The position numbers were made by a program, and so were the translations under genes. Positions 9,216-18,655 of a stretch of DNA of 64,000 nucleotides are shown piece by piece. Below the pieces are notes generated by a model. That model did not search any database and was not told the origin of the DNA. It saw only the letters and a program-made list of their open reading frames with translations. The stretch is from Microcoleus sp. (GTDB lineage: Bacteria; Cyanobacteriota; Cyanobacteriia; Cyanobacteriales; Microcoleaceae). The stretch spans positions 21,899 to 85,898 of the forward strand of contig JBOFTL010000514.1 of assembly GCA_051652045.1 (NCBI GenBank), read 5' to 3'. Numbering within the stretch: position 1 is the first letter of the stretch; each line of letters begins with the position of its first letter.

Positions 9216-10130
9216 ATGATGGACTACATTATTTACCACCAAGTCCAGCCAGGCATTGATTGTCCAGATGGCATCATGGCAGCCGCGATCGCCTCCCTCC
9301 GTTACCCCGACGCGCAAATCATCGGGGACTGCTACAAGTCCGAGGATGAGTATGGCGATCGCCCATTTGGATTGCCAGAGTTTAAGACGGGCGATCGCCT
9401 TGTAATTGTTGACTTTAGCTATCCTTCGGCATGGCTAAAGTACTGGGAAAACATAAGTGTAGCGGTGACCTTAATCGATCACCATGCACCCAAGTTTCCC
9501 ATGCTAGCGGGATTCAGTGGGGCGATTCTAGACGCGGACGAGTGCGGTGCAACTTTAGCCTGGAAAACGTTCTTTCCCGATCGCCCCATGCCGCTAATCT
9601 TGCAGCATGTTCGCCGCCGGGACATCGGCTCGGATGGTTACTATCAAGCCGACAAAAATTGCCGGGACAGCAAAGCGATCACGGCAAAACTTGCAGAGAT
9701 GAGGCATGAGGTGAAAACCGCTTCCGCCAACGGGTCGATCCGTGGTGTGATTCGATTGTGCTACTCCGCACTGGAAATGGACGAGATCGGGATTCAACTA
9801 CTGCAACAATCAGGCGATCGCATTCTCGCAAAAGAGGAAGCGATTGTCGCTGAAGTCGCGGCAACAGCTACCGAGTCCGAACTGTGCGGGCATCTCTGCG
9901 GAAAAGTTCAAACGACAGCGGAAACCGATCGGCTAACTTCCCAGATTGGGAATGCGATCGCCCGTGCCCATCCCGAATGGGATTTCGCATGGATTGTTTC
10001 TGCCGATGGGACTGGCAACAGCCTTCGATCGACGGGATTCGATGTCAGCGCGATCGCGCAACAAATGGGCGGCGGCGGACATCGTGCTGCCGCTGGATTC
10101 AAAACAATAGGAAAAGTTTTAGACCATTGA
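9216..10130 (+). CDS. DHH/DHHA1 family phosphoesterase
   Basis: IIYH..DCPDG, IVDFS, LIDHH and GGGGHRAAAGF motifs. Confidence 0.9.
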   Translation: MMDYIIYHQVQPGIDCPDGIMAAAIASLRYPDAQIIGDCYKSEDEYGDRPFGLPEFKTGDRLVIVDFSYPSAWLKYWENISVAVTLIDHHAPKFPMLAGFSGAILDADECGATLAWKTFFPDRPMPLILQHVRRRDIGSDGYYQADKNCRDSKAITAKLAEMRHEVKTASANGSIRGVIRLCYSALEMDEIGIQLLQQSGDRILAKEEAIVAEVAATATESELCGHLCGKVQTTAETDRLTSQIGNAIARAHPEWDFAWIVSADGTGNSLRSTGFDVSAIAQQMGGGGHRAAAGFKTIGKVLDH

Positions 10131-10138
10131 GGTAAAAA

Positions 10139-10504
10139 ATGGAAACTTTATGCGAACGCTGTACCCACAAACAGAGTGGTGAATGCTTAGGTCTCGTGTC
10201 CAGTAATGGACACGAGACATGGAGGACTCCGGTCTTCCGCGACGTGGCGAATACTCTCCAAGATTGGGACTGTACGTACAGTCCCAACAACAGTAGCGAG
10301 TGCCCTAGCTTCTCCCTTTACAAGGGAGAAGAAAAATACTACGTCTACTACGACAATGGGGGTTGGATGGAACAGTCCCATCCCCCCTTTGATCGCAGAG
10401 AAGATGCGATCGCCCATGCCAAATCGGGCGGCATATGGACAACTTGGTGTGTGCGGCAAGGCGATAGCGCCACAGCCGCCGTGGTATGGCAGAACGAGAT
10501 GTGA
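10139..10504 (+). CDS. hypothetical Cys-containing protein (cassette flanked by direct repeats)
   Basis: GAGG RBS; flanked by 37-bp repeats at 10071 and 10566. Confidence 0.6.
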   Translation: METLCERCTHKQSGECLGLVSSNGHETWRTPVFRDVANTLQDWDCTYSPNNSSECPSFSLYKGEEKYYVYYDNGGWMEQSHPPFDRREDAIAHAKSGGIWTTWCVRQGDSATAAVVWQNEM

Positions 10505-10618
10505 CGATCGCGGCTGGAGTCCCGTTTTTGGATGCTGCACAGTGGAGACAAATCTATGGCAAATAGGCAGCGGACATCGTGCCGCCGCTGGATTTAAAAC
10601 AAAAAAAAGAGGAGAAGT

Positions 10619-10813
10619 ATGCAGACTATAGCCCTTAAATTGAGCATTGGATACATTGGGTGCGATCGCATCCAAACGGTATCCATTGAAGAAATGGGAT
10701 ACGAAGCAGATGAGTGGGTATCACTCTCTGCCGAGGAACGCCAAGCGGCAGCCAATGCCTACGCAGAAGAGTGGGCATTGGCGTTTATTCACATATCAGC
10801 AAAAATCTTGTAA
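10619..10813 (+). CDS. small hypothetical phage protein
   Basis: AGGAG RBS; TAATG overlap with the next gene. Confidence 0.6.
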   Translation: MQTIALKLSIGYIGCDRIQTVSIEEMGYEADEWVSLSAEERQAAANAYAEEWALAFIHISAKIL

Positions 10814-11181
10814 TGCCTATTAGCAACAAATCTCGCCTGCTCTACGAAATACAGCAGGCGTTACAAACTCGCGGCGAATCAGTTCAGCGGCTGGGAAGTG
10901 TCGCTGAACTGAAAGAATTGTTTCCAGGGATAGCCAAGCGCAAGCTGACCCTGGAAAATCTAGCCGCACTGCTAGAGGAAATCCCCACTGCCAATCTCGA
11001 CCAATGGCGATCGCCCAATTCTATTCGCGATCGACGCGTTAGATCCAAAATCTCTCACGAACAAATTGCCCAATGGAATGCGATCGGAATAAAGTCGGTT
11101 GCAATTGCCGCGATCGCGGGTATCTCCACTCAGGCAGTCGGGCAGATCGTGAGGAAGCAAAAACAAGTGAAACCTAAGTAG
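10813..11181 (+). CDS. C-terminal HTH protein
   Basis: GIKSVAIAAIAGISTQAVGQIVR HTH signature. Confidence 0.65.
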   Translation: MPISNKSRLLYEIQQALQTRGESVQRLGSVAELKELFPGIAKRKLTLENLAALLEEIPTANLDQWRSPNSIRDRRVRSKISHEQIAQWNAIGIKSVAIAAIAGISTQAVGQIVRKQKQVKPK

Positions 11182-11190
11182 GGAAAGGGT

Positions 11191-11243
11191 CTGAAAGTAA
11201 TTTCAAAAAATATATTGACAATACTTTCAGATTGCCCTATTGT
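11191..11243 (+). promoter_or_regulatory. repeated phage promoter/operator, copy 2
   Basis: CTGAAAGTA..TTGACA(11215)-17-TATTGT..TACTTTCAG arm. Confidence 0.85.
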
Positions 11244-11249
11244 AATTAC

Positions 11250-11463
11250 ATGGCGAAAGCGCAGAGTAGCACCAATTTGGAGTAAATCGGAGTAATCCGG
11301 TTAACTCCAGCTACTCCAAACCTCTCGAAAGAGAAATCGATAACGTTAAGTGTTCCAGTTCACACCTTGGGATTCGCTAGTTCCAAGCTCTGTAAGCGGT
11401 TTATTAAACATCCGAGATTGGTTAGAGGAAGTGTAAATCGCATAGTACCGGGCGTTATCAGGG
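11250..11463 (+). ncRNA. standalone HEARO/omega-RNA-like structured RNA
   Basis: Stems GAGTAGC/GCTACTC, GATAACG/CGTTATC and CTTGGGA/TTCCAAG; ACACCTTGGGAT..AGTTCCAAGCTCTGT..TTAAACA..AGTG signature; no ORF. Confidence 0.65.
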
Positions 11464-11670
11464 GTCACTGACCCCGCTCTAAAGAGACGGGGCTTGCAAA
11501 AAACCAATCTTGCGTAGTAGTGACTAGACCATGAGCCGATATCAGTTACGGACGTTCGGGTATTTCCCTAGCCCGAACCTCTCTAAGTCTTTTGGTTAAA
11601 GACGTAGCGTCATGGCTAGATATGCTGATATCGGTGGTCTTAGGGACGTACAACTTAGTAACGAGGGTTA
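11464..11670 (+). ncRNA. IsrB omegaRNA scaffold
   Basis: GTCAC..GTGAC P1; AGACCA/TGGTCT and CCCTAG/TTAGGG pseudoknot pairings; GATATCAG/CTGATATC stem. Confidence 0.75.
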
Positions 11671-11675
11671 TCCCC

Positions 11676-12857
11676 ATGCAGTTACGTGTTCCGGTTCAAA
11701 ATCCAGATGATTCACCTGCTATGCCAACTAAACCGAGCCGTGCCCGTCGTTGGGTTCGAGACGGCAAAGCAGTCGGCAAGTGGTCAGATGCGGGCATCTA
11801 CTACGTCCAGTTGGTTGCAGAGCCATCAGGACGGGAAGTTCAACCTGTAGTCGTTGGGGTAGACCCTGGTAAATCCTACTCAGGCATTGCCGTTCAGTCT
11901 GCCAAATTCACGCTATATCTTGCCCATTTGGTTCTTCCGTTTCAGCGGGTAAAAGAACGGTTGGGTACGGCTGTCATTAAAAACGGCAAGGTCATTAAAA
12001 ACGTGCGAGGTCGAGCGCTTCAGCGGAGGGTGAGACGGGGCAGACGCGTTAATCGCAAGATTGCTTTTAAGCTTCGTGCCCATCGTCAGAAGCGGTTCTC
12101 GAATCGCAATCAGAAAAAGGTTGCGCCATCGATCAAAGCATCGCGGCTGATGGAAATTCGCATTGTCAAAGAGCTTGCCGCTATTTTTCCGGTCAGTGCG
12201 ATTGTCTACGAGGTCGTTAAGGCTGATGTAGATAAGGCTTCCGGCAGGAAAGGCGCAAGGTCAGGTAAAGGATTTTCGCCTGTGATGGTCGGGCAGTATT
12301 GGGCTATTGAACAACTGTCTAAAATTGCGCCCGTCGCTAAGGTGATGGGCTGGCAAAAAGATGGAAATGGCACGAGCCAGATTAGAACCCGTCTGGGACT
12401 GGTCAAGGACAAACAGAATAAATCTAAGGCAACCCCTGAGACTCATGCAGTGGACGGGATCGCCCTGGCAGCCAGCCAGTTTATTCAATATCGCGTGACC
12501 CATAAGTTCGGTGAAGATTCGGGAGATTGGCACGGTTCGGTCGATGTGACTCCAGCGCCATTCAAAGTGATTACCCGACCTGAATATTTCCGTCGTGCTT
12601 TGCATTTCGATAACGCCGCTGTCGGTGGAGTTCGTAAGCGCAAAGGTGGAACAGTGACCCCGTTCGGGTATCGGGCTGGCGATAAGGTGCAGGTCAAGAC
12701 CAAAGGCGAAGTGCTGACAGGTTGGGTTGGTGGTTTCACCGATACCGATAAATCCCAAAAAGTCAGTGTCTATGACCAAAATTGGAAACGTCTTGGACAG
12801 TTTGGACTTAAGCAAATTCAACTTATTCGCAGGTCTAACAAATTATGCGTCGCTTAA
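11676..12857 (+). CDS. isrB: IsrB RNA-guided nickase (RRXRR/PLMP domain, RuvC, no HNH)
   Basis: PAMPTKPSRAR (PLMP), GVDPG, RRVRRGRR bridge helix, IVYEVV, HAVDG; no HNH insertion. Confidence 0.85.
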   Translation: MQLRVPVQNPDDSPAMPTKPSRARRWVRDGKAVGKWSDAGIYYVQLVAEPSGREVQPVVVGVDPGKSYSGIAVQSAKFTLYLAHLVLPFQRVKERLGTAVIKNGKVIKNVRGRALQRRVRRGRRVNRKIAFKLRAHRQKRFSNRNQKKVAPSIKASRLMEIRIVKELAAIFPVSAIVYEVVKADVDKASGRKGARSGKGFSPVMVGQYWAIEQLSKIAPVAKVMGWQKDGNGTSQIRTRLGLVKDKQNKSKATPETHAVDGIALAASQFIQYRVTHKFGEDSGDWHGSVDVTPAPFKVITRPEYFRRALHFDNAAVGGVRKRKGGTVTPFGYRAGDKVQVKTKGEVLTGWVGGFTDTDKSQKVSVYDQNWKRLGQFGLKQIQLIRRSNKLCVA

Positions 12858-12959
12858 ACCCCGGAAATCTAGAGGCGGTTAAAACCGCACGAGCCGTCGT
12901 TCCTCCCCGCTCTAAAGAGGCGGGGATTCCCAACTTGCCGTACTCTTCAGTTGACTTGA

Positions 12960-13018
12960 CCCACCTAAAAACAAATCCCAAATCTGCACCGTAGATTTGG
13001 GATTTGTTTTTAGGTGGG
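12960..13018. terminator. 26-bp perfect inverted repeat / terminator
   Basis: CCCACCTAAAAACAAATCCCAAATCT-7 nt-AGATTTGGGATTTGTTTTTAGGTGGG. Confidence 0.7.
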
Positions 13019-13193
13019 CTTTGCCAGAATTTTTGGGAGAGGCGATCGCGGATCGCATTTTTCGGGTTATATTGTTTTGACGGTGATTGGCGCTGCCAAA
13101 AATCGTAGGCTCAAAACGGTCGCTCGGAACCAGCCGAAAATAGACAAAAAGAATCCCGTAGCCGAAGCCCACGGGACACAAAAAAAACTTGAC

Positions 13194-13565
13194 ATGACTA
13201 TAACACAAACCCGACGAAAGACAAAAACTTTAGCCGCGATCGCCCCCGATTACGAAGCCTTGCCCTATTGGGCGATCGCCAAAGTCCCTGCCGATACTAG
13301 CTTGGGCGGCAGCGAGGACAGATACAGAGTTGTGCTGAGACACGACAAAATTTCGAGACCCGTGCCTATTCAGTTTTCCTGTGAGGAGGCTCAAATTGTG
13401 CTGAGACATTTGCAAGATGCCAGGTGCGACTGGCGATTGAATTTGGACGGCGATGGGCAATTGATTAGTGGTGTGGCGCGGGCGATCGCGCGGGACATTG
13501 TGGAAGCGGTTGTCGGGACGGAAGAAGTGGCAGGACAGGGTGGACAGGAGGCGATCGCATCATGA
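13194..13565 (+). CDS. hypothetical protein
   Basis: ATGA overlap with the replication gene. Confidence 0.6.
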   Translation: MTITQTRRKTKTLAAIAPDYEALPYWAIAKVPADTSLGGSEDRYRVVLRHDKISRPVPIQFSCEEAQIVLRHLQDARCDWRLNLDGDGQLISGVARAIARDIVEAVVGTEEVAGQGGQEAIAS

Positions 13566-16500
13566 GTTATGCAGAAGTTCGGCGATCGATCGCCCCAGAA
13601 GAAATCCGTAAGCACAAGCTGTTAGAGGCAATCCCCACAATTCCATCAGGAATTAATCTTGTCCCCTGCTACAACAGGACTCCTATCCGCCCCGGATGGA
13701 AAGAAGAGCAGCTATCCCGGCTGGAAGTCTACCAACTCATTGAGTCCGGCGAGTGGATTCAGCGCGAGGATGAATCTCGCTACTTCCAGAACTACAACGG
13801 CTATGCCATGAGGACTGGTGGCGGACTTGTCGTGATCGATATGGACGGCAAGAGTGCTGTTCGTGAGGCTTCACGGCTATTTGGCACAGAGCCGTCAAAA
13901 ACACCCGCATGGAAGGGCAGCAAGGGGAAATCCTTGTTGTACCGATTGCCGTCAGAATTGACAGCAAGAATTGCCGCGCTGCCCCGCTCAATCCGCAAGT
14001 TGAGGGTTGCTGACAATTGCGCCAAGGGCGAGGCGATCGAACTTTTGTATGATGGCGCAACCGCAACCCTTCCCCCAAGCTGGCATCCGAACACAGACGA
14101 CGGCTATCAATGGATCTGGGATTGGAGCAACGCGATCGCCACTGCACCTGAGTGGATCTGCGATAGGTTCGCGGCTGAGTGCGATCGCCTTGAATATTTG
14201 GCAACTTTGCCGATCGCGGCGATCGATGAGTCCACTTGCGGTGCAAGTGAACTGGCAGAAATCTTGGGCAAGATCGACCCGGATTGTGAGTACGAAAGTT
14301 GGATCGGGGTTGGCTATGCACTGAAAAAACTCAGCCCCGACGACGGGCTGGATCTTTGGGAAGGATGGAGTCAGCAGAGCAGCAAGTATCGCCAGGGCGA
14401 TTGCGAGAAGCGTTGGGGCGGACTGGAGAATCCTCGCATTGGATTGAATTTCCTGAAGCGGTTGGCAGGGCTGCCTACGTTTTCAGGCATTCCAGGCGGC
14501 AAGGATGGGCAGCCTCAAGACGATAGCCCTGCGGCAGTGCGCGATCGCATGATTGCCCGACGGCTATGGCAATTTCGGCAACTTTTGCCAACACTACAAT
14601 CTGATTTTTCAATCACACCCAACCCATTGGCAGGTAGGGATATTTGCCCATACGAGGGTCATACGCCAGATTTTTCTTTCGCCCTGCTCGACAAGGAAGT
14701 CAAAAACATTTTTGTGCGGGGTTTCTTGGCGGCGGGGAAAACCCATGCCGCGATTGAATCTTTGGCACTGTTGTTTCAAACACTTAAGAAGGTAAGAAGT
14801 CAACAGATTGTTTGGATCTCTAGTCGCAATGGACTGTTGCGGCAAACTGAAGGACGAATGCTAGAGAGACTAAAATCTTTAGGCGTACCCATCTACTTTT
14901 TTCAGGATGATGTTGGTTTAAATCAACGGCAATTTCGGACAGGACAGCCAGGGATTTATATCTTCACCGATGCTGGATTTTCCGACTATCACGTCGGCAG
15001 AGTTGACTGGAGCAATGTCACTGTTATTGTTGACGAATTTAGCTCGGTGCGGCGGGAAGTAATCAGCAAGACCAACGTCATTACCGAGTTCAAACGCATG
15101 ATGGCAACATGCGGCACACTCGTCACAATGGACGCTTTTTTAGGCGACATTGACGTTAGCATCGTTAACCATTTCCGACAAACAAATGACCGTCAATACT
15201 TGATCTACGATCAAGTAAAACAGAAGGCTCCAAAACGGATTAGGGTAGTCGAATGCAGAAATAAAGATGGCTCAATCTCACTCAGTCATGATGGTGTGGC
15301 GCTGAGTATTCTTGATGGTTGGTTCAGATTTTTGAAGGATGGCAATCGCTACATCGTTGTCACAGATAGTTTGATGACAGCGAAAATCTTGTTCAGCTAT
15401 GTCGTTGAGATGGGCTATCTGTCTCAGGAGCAGATACTATTGATCTGCTCGGAAACGATAGAAGAGAATCACATAGCAATGCCCAATCCCGATCGCAGAA
15501 TTGCAGAACGGGACATTGTTTTAGTGATTGCAACGCCGACAGCAGAGTCAGGACTTGATATCCAAACGCCCTTCACTCAAGGGCTTGCGCTGTTTTGTGG
15601 CGTTCTGCCAGCACCGAACAACCTTCAAATGATTGGGCGGGCAAGACAATGCGACGACTGGATCGTTTCCGCACCGCGCCGATCGATCAACACGAATGCA
15701 CCGGCTTTTAACGATCACACAATCGCATCGACCATCAACAATCTTGCTGGGGCACTAGATATTTGTGGGATGGAAAATGACGATCGTTCACACCAGTGGG
15801 CAGTATGGCAACGCAAGGTATCTGAAGTCTACAGACACTTTAACGCAGAAGCGACTGTGCATTTACTAGAGGAACACTACGGGACAGTAGATGTTGAATT
15901 TTTCGAGGTGCGCCAGACCGATTGGCGGAATCTGATGCCCGAATACAATCGGGGGAACGCGATCCAAACTATTGAAGCCGATGGTGTCACTGGCGAAGAG
16001 TTCATAAGCGCAGAAAAAGCCCCCGCAACCGACGCGGATGTTTGGAACATTAGAAAAGCGCAGCGGATGAGGAAATTTCCTAAATCCTGGGAAACAATCA
16101 CAACCGCTTACGAAAAGGGAAAAGAGACAGAAGATGAGGAGCTTGTAGAAAACGCGATCGCCACTGCAATTGGTATGCTACGCGATCGTGAACTAAATGT
16201 GATCGATCGCTATGTCCGCGTGACTGACTGCAACGAAGGCATGGACAATCGCCTTGATGACAGAGTCGCTCGCAGAGGTTGCAACTATAGTTCTGAGGAC
16301 TTCAAGGAAAAGCAGTATCAAACATTTTTCAGACGGCTGCAATGCGGAAAACTGGCAGAGATGAGGAAGGGCGATAAGCCTAGCTCTGCAAACGCCGATA
16401 AAACTTGCTGGAATCAGCGATCGCGCAAGATGCGACGTTTACACAAGAAATTTCAAGAGAACAAAGACCTAGCAGCATTGTTCCCAGACATAACGAACGT

Positions 16501-16786
16501 CACTGAATTTACGTACACACTGCGCAAAGTCATGACGTTTTACGGCTATGTGCCCAGTAGCGGCACGGCACGGGTCAAGCGCGAGGACGGGGAAGGTGGG
16601 ACGACGAACAACCCGGAATATTTCGTCGGCTGGATTTCATGGGAGGAAGGTAGGTCTAAATTTTTCCGAATAGAGGGGATGATTGAGTACATCACAGAGG
16701 AAATCAGAGAGGAACACAAACGGCTGGTACTTCGTTGGGAAGCCAGTAAAGCCAAAGCCAACTCCCATGACAAGGACGACGGATAG
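13562..16786 (+). CDS. replication protein: PrimPol (AEP) + PriCT-2 + SF2-like origin-binding helicase
   Basis: MRTG..VVIDMD..LPPSWHP (PrimPol); YESWIGVGYALK..WEGWSQQSSKY (PriCT-2); GFLAAGKT, IVDEF, TPTAESGLDI, QMIGRAR. Confidence 0.85.
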   Translation: MSYAEVRRSIAPEEIRKHKLLEAIPTIPSGINLVPCYNRTPIRPGWKEEQLSRLEVYQLIESGEWIQREDESRYFQNYNGYAMRTGGGLVVIDMDGKSAVREASRLFGTEPSKTPAWKGSKGKSLLYRLPSELTARIAALPRSIRKLRVADNCAKGEAIELLYDGATATLPPSWHPNTDDGYQWIWDWSNAIATAPEWICDRFAAECDRLEYLATLPIAAIDESTCGASELAEILGKIDPDCEYESWIGVGYALKKLSPDDGLDLWEGWSQQSSKYRQGDCEKRWGGLENPRIGLNFLKRLAGLPTFSGIPGGKDGQPQDDSPAAVRDRMIARRLWQFRQLLPTLQSDFSITPNPLAGRDICPYEGHTPDFSFALLDKEVKNIFVRGFLAAGKTHAAIESLALLFQTLKKVRSQQIVWISSRNGLLRQTEGRMLERLKSLGVPIYFFQDDVGLNQRQFRTGQPGIYIFTDAGFSDYHVGRVDWSNVTVIVDEFSSVRREVISKTNVITEFKRMMATCGTLVTMDAFLGDIDVSIVNHFRQTNDRQYLIYDQVKQKAPKRIRVVECRNKDGSISLSHDGVALSILDGWFRFLKDGNRYIVVTDSLMTAKILFSYVVEMGYLSQEQILLICSETIEENHIAMPNPDRRIAERDIVLVIATPTAESGLDIQTPFTQGLALFCGVLPAPNNLQMIGRARQCDDWIVSAPRRSINTNAPAFNDHTIASTINNLAGALDICGMENDDRSHQWAVWQRKVSEVYRHFNAEATVHLLEEHYGTVDVEFFEVRQTDWRNLMPEYNRGNAIQTIEADGVTGEEFISAEKAPATDADVWNIRKAQRMRKFPKSWETITTAYEKGKETEDEELVENAIATAIGMLRDRELNVIDRYVRVTDCNEGMDNRLDDRVARRGCNYSSEDFKEKQYQTFFRRLQCGKLAEMRKGDKPSSANADKTCWNQRSRKMRRLHKKFQENKDLAALFPDITNVTEFTYTLRKVMTFYGYVPSSGTARVKREDGEGGTTNNPEYFVGWISWEEGRSKFFRIEGMIEYITEEIREEHKRLVLRWEASKAKANSHDKDDG

Positions 16787-16789
16787 CCC

Positions 16790-17130
16790 CAACCATTGAC
16801 CGACACAATCAAATAAGCCCTAGCCAGCGGAGCACCACACTACCGCTGGCTTTGCCATGGGCATTTTTCGGATTTATTACGGGCAACCAGACGGATAAAC
16901 TAGTAATGCAGTTCTAGTGTAGTGCATACGTTCGCTTTGCCGCCTAAAACAGAACATATGCACTTATGTCTTTAGGGGATTTTGGCATTGTTTTGGGGGG
17001 AGGTGGGGAGGTGGGGAGCAAAGTTGTAAGGCTTTGTATATATAGAGCTTGTCTTATATAGAGGGTCTTACACGGGGTTTGCACTCAACAAAAAGGGGCG
17101 ATCGCATGATATGCGATCGCCCCTTTTTTG
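16790..17130. other. non-coding region after rep gene; candidate replication origin
   Basis: No credible ORF; hairpins, G-tract GGGGGGAGGTGGGGAGGTGGGG, and duplicated TATATAGAG. Confidence 0.35.
17090..17129. terminator. bidirectional terminator built from two HIP1 sites
   Basis: AAAAAGGGGCGATCGCAT-GAT-ATGCGATCGCCCCTTTTT. Confidence 0.75.
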
Positions 17131-17163
17131 TGGGGTTGTTGTCCCTCAATCGTAAAGTCATCC

Positions 17164-17622
17164 TCAGAACAGATCGAAAATTGAAGGCTCCTTGATTTTC
17201 GTTGGTCTCAAAGGTTTCTCCCAGTCAGGGTGTCCGGGACGAATGATGTTTAAGACTCCTTTTTGTTTGATGTAAAACCTCTCCCTTTCCTCAAGCCTTA
17301 TATTTAGGGCGGTGTAGTAAGCGTAGTTGCCTTCGTGGTAGGCGGAGTCGCCTTTTAGCAAGTCAACAAACTCAACAAGTCCCACAAAAAAGCCTTCTAG
17401 ACCGTACTTGCCCCAAAGTCTTTGCAGATTGCGATTAGAGTGCCTCCCTGCCTTCAGATCGTCGTAGTGAAAATCCAATCGTTGTGCAATGTCTGTTGAG
17501 CTTCCGATATAAGAAGCATTTTCCGGCAGACAAGTAATCTCGTAGATTCCTTGGTTTTTGTCTAGTTCAAAACAACCGTCTTGATCGAGGTCGTTGGCAA
17601 AACAACACATTGTGTAGCTCAT
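17164..17622 (-). CDS. GIY-YIG endonuclease
   Basis: GIYEITC...YIGSSTDIAQRLDFH...H.N..LQ..W..YG...ERERFYI. Confidence 0.85.
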   Translation of the reverse strand: MSYTMCCFANDLDQDGCFELDKNQGIYEITCLPENASYIGSSTDIAQRLDFHYDDLKAGRHSNRNLQRLWGKYGLEGFFVGLVEFVDLLKGDSAYHEGNYAYYTALNIRLEERERFYIKQKGVLNIIRPGHPDWEKPLRPTKIKEPSIFDLF

Positions 17623-17645
17623 GGTCTTGTCTCCCGTTTTTTGGC

Positions 17646-18008
17646 TCAGCAATCGGTTAGGTTATACCATCTCCCTGCCAGATTTGTGATGGCTATATAG
17701 CCGTCTGGATGGAAGATAAAGCCGTCTTTGTTCTCGTGGAACCAGCCCTGAAAGAATCTGCAAAAACTGTCTGGGTAGCCCTTCCCATTCCTGTTCAAAA
17801 AAAGCAAAAATTGCTCGTTCTCTAGTAACACGCTGTTCAATCCCTCTTCTAACTCTGCCACAGCTAAAAGAAGCAACTGCTCGCATATTCTCTTCTCTTC
17901 GATCAGTCGCGCCTTTCGTCGCTCTTGTAGTCGCTCGATCCTTTGTACCGTACTGCGCACAACCCCAAAATTCTCATCCAACATTTTCCGTCTTTTCGCT
18001 TCACCCAT
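17646..18008 (-). CDS. hypothetical protein (MGEAKRRK N-terminus)
   Basis: N-terminal motif common in small cyanobacterial proteins. Confidence 0.55.
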   Translation of the reverse strand: MGEAKRRKMLDENFGVVRSTVQRIERLQERRKARLIEEKRICEQLLLLAVAELEEGLNSVLLENEQFLLFLNRNGKGYPDSFCRFFQGWFHENKDGFIFHPDGYIAITNLAGRWYNLTDC

Positions 18009-18094
18009 AATTTTTACCCCAACAAATTTTTGCAACTACATCACAAAAGTGATATCACTATGCTATCATGATTTTGTTGAGTAGGCGATCGCGG

Positions 18095-18274
18095 ATGACC
18101 AAAAAGAAGCCGCTGCTAGTACAGCTTGACGATGGCGATCGCGCTCGATTAGAGGAGTTGGCAAACTTTTGGGGACTGAGTTTGTCGGCTGCGGTTCGTC
18201 AATTGATTCGGAATTGTGATGTGATAGTCCCCAGACGTAAACAAGTAAGGAAGGAGTGGAGCAAAGGTAAGTAA
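18095..18274 (+). CDS. CopG/ribbon-helix-helix regulator
   Basis: LLVQLDDGDRARLEELA..GLSLSAAVRQLI. Confidence 0.75.
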   Translation: MTKKKPLLVQLDDGDRARLEELANFWGLSLSAAVRQLIRNCDVIVPRRKQVRKEWSKGK

Positions 18275-18370
18275 ACTTTTGGGTGGTGCGATCGCGTTAG
18301 GAATGTTGTTTCTACCGTTTCTTTTTCGTCCAATTTTTGCTAGTATTTTTGCAGTTATTGAGGAGCAAGT

Positions 18371-18655
18371 ATGGAGCTATCAAAGGAACTATTGCAGAGG
18401 TTGTATGTTGGCGATCGCCCTGGCTTTCTTAATGTTGGTGCGGTCAGGGACGCGGCGATCGCGTTTGGATTTGCGACGGAAAGTCCCAATCGAACCTATT
18501 CTGAATGGCGGGCTGCATGGACTCGTGAGGAAGTTCAAGTGTGGAACAAGACTATCTCTGAACTAGACAAACTCTATCCAATGTGGCGCGGGTATATGCC
18601 ACGGGATTTCTCGAATGGGGCGCGACAAAAGAAGGCGGTGCGTCATGCTGCGTAA
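18371..18655 (+). CDS. hypothetical protein
   Basis: GAGGAG RBS; operon with the helicase. Confidence 0.6.
   Translation: MELSKELLQRLYVGDRPGFLNVGAVRDAAIAFGFATESPNRTYSEWRAAWTREEVQVWNKTISELDKLYPMWRGYMPRDFSNGARQKKAVRHAA

Larger units (their letters stand above)
11464..12950 (+). mobile_element. non-autonomous IS200/IS605-family IsrB (OMEGA) element
   Basis: Terminal hairpins CCCCGCTCTAAAGAG(A/G)CGGGG at both ends; omegaRNA plus isrB; TTGA immediately 3' (fits the NTGA TAM reported for IsrB). Confidence 0.85.

Noticed and set aside
11592-12857. Calling this ORF IscB or Cas9
   Set aside because: No HNH domain and no CRISPR array; it fits IsrB. The longer TTG start lies inside the omegaRNA.
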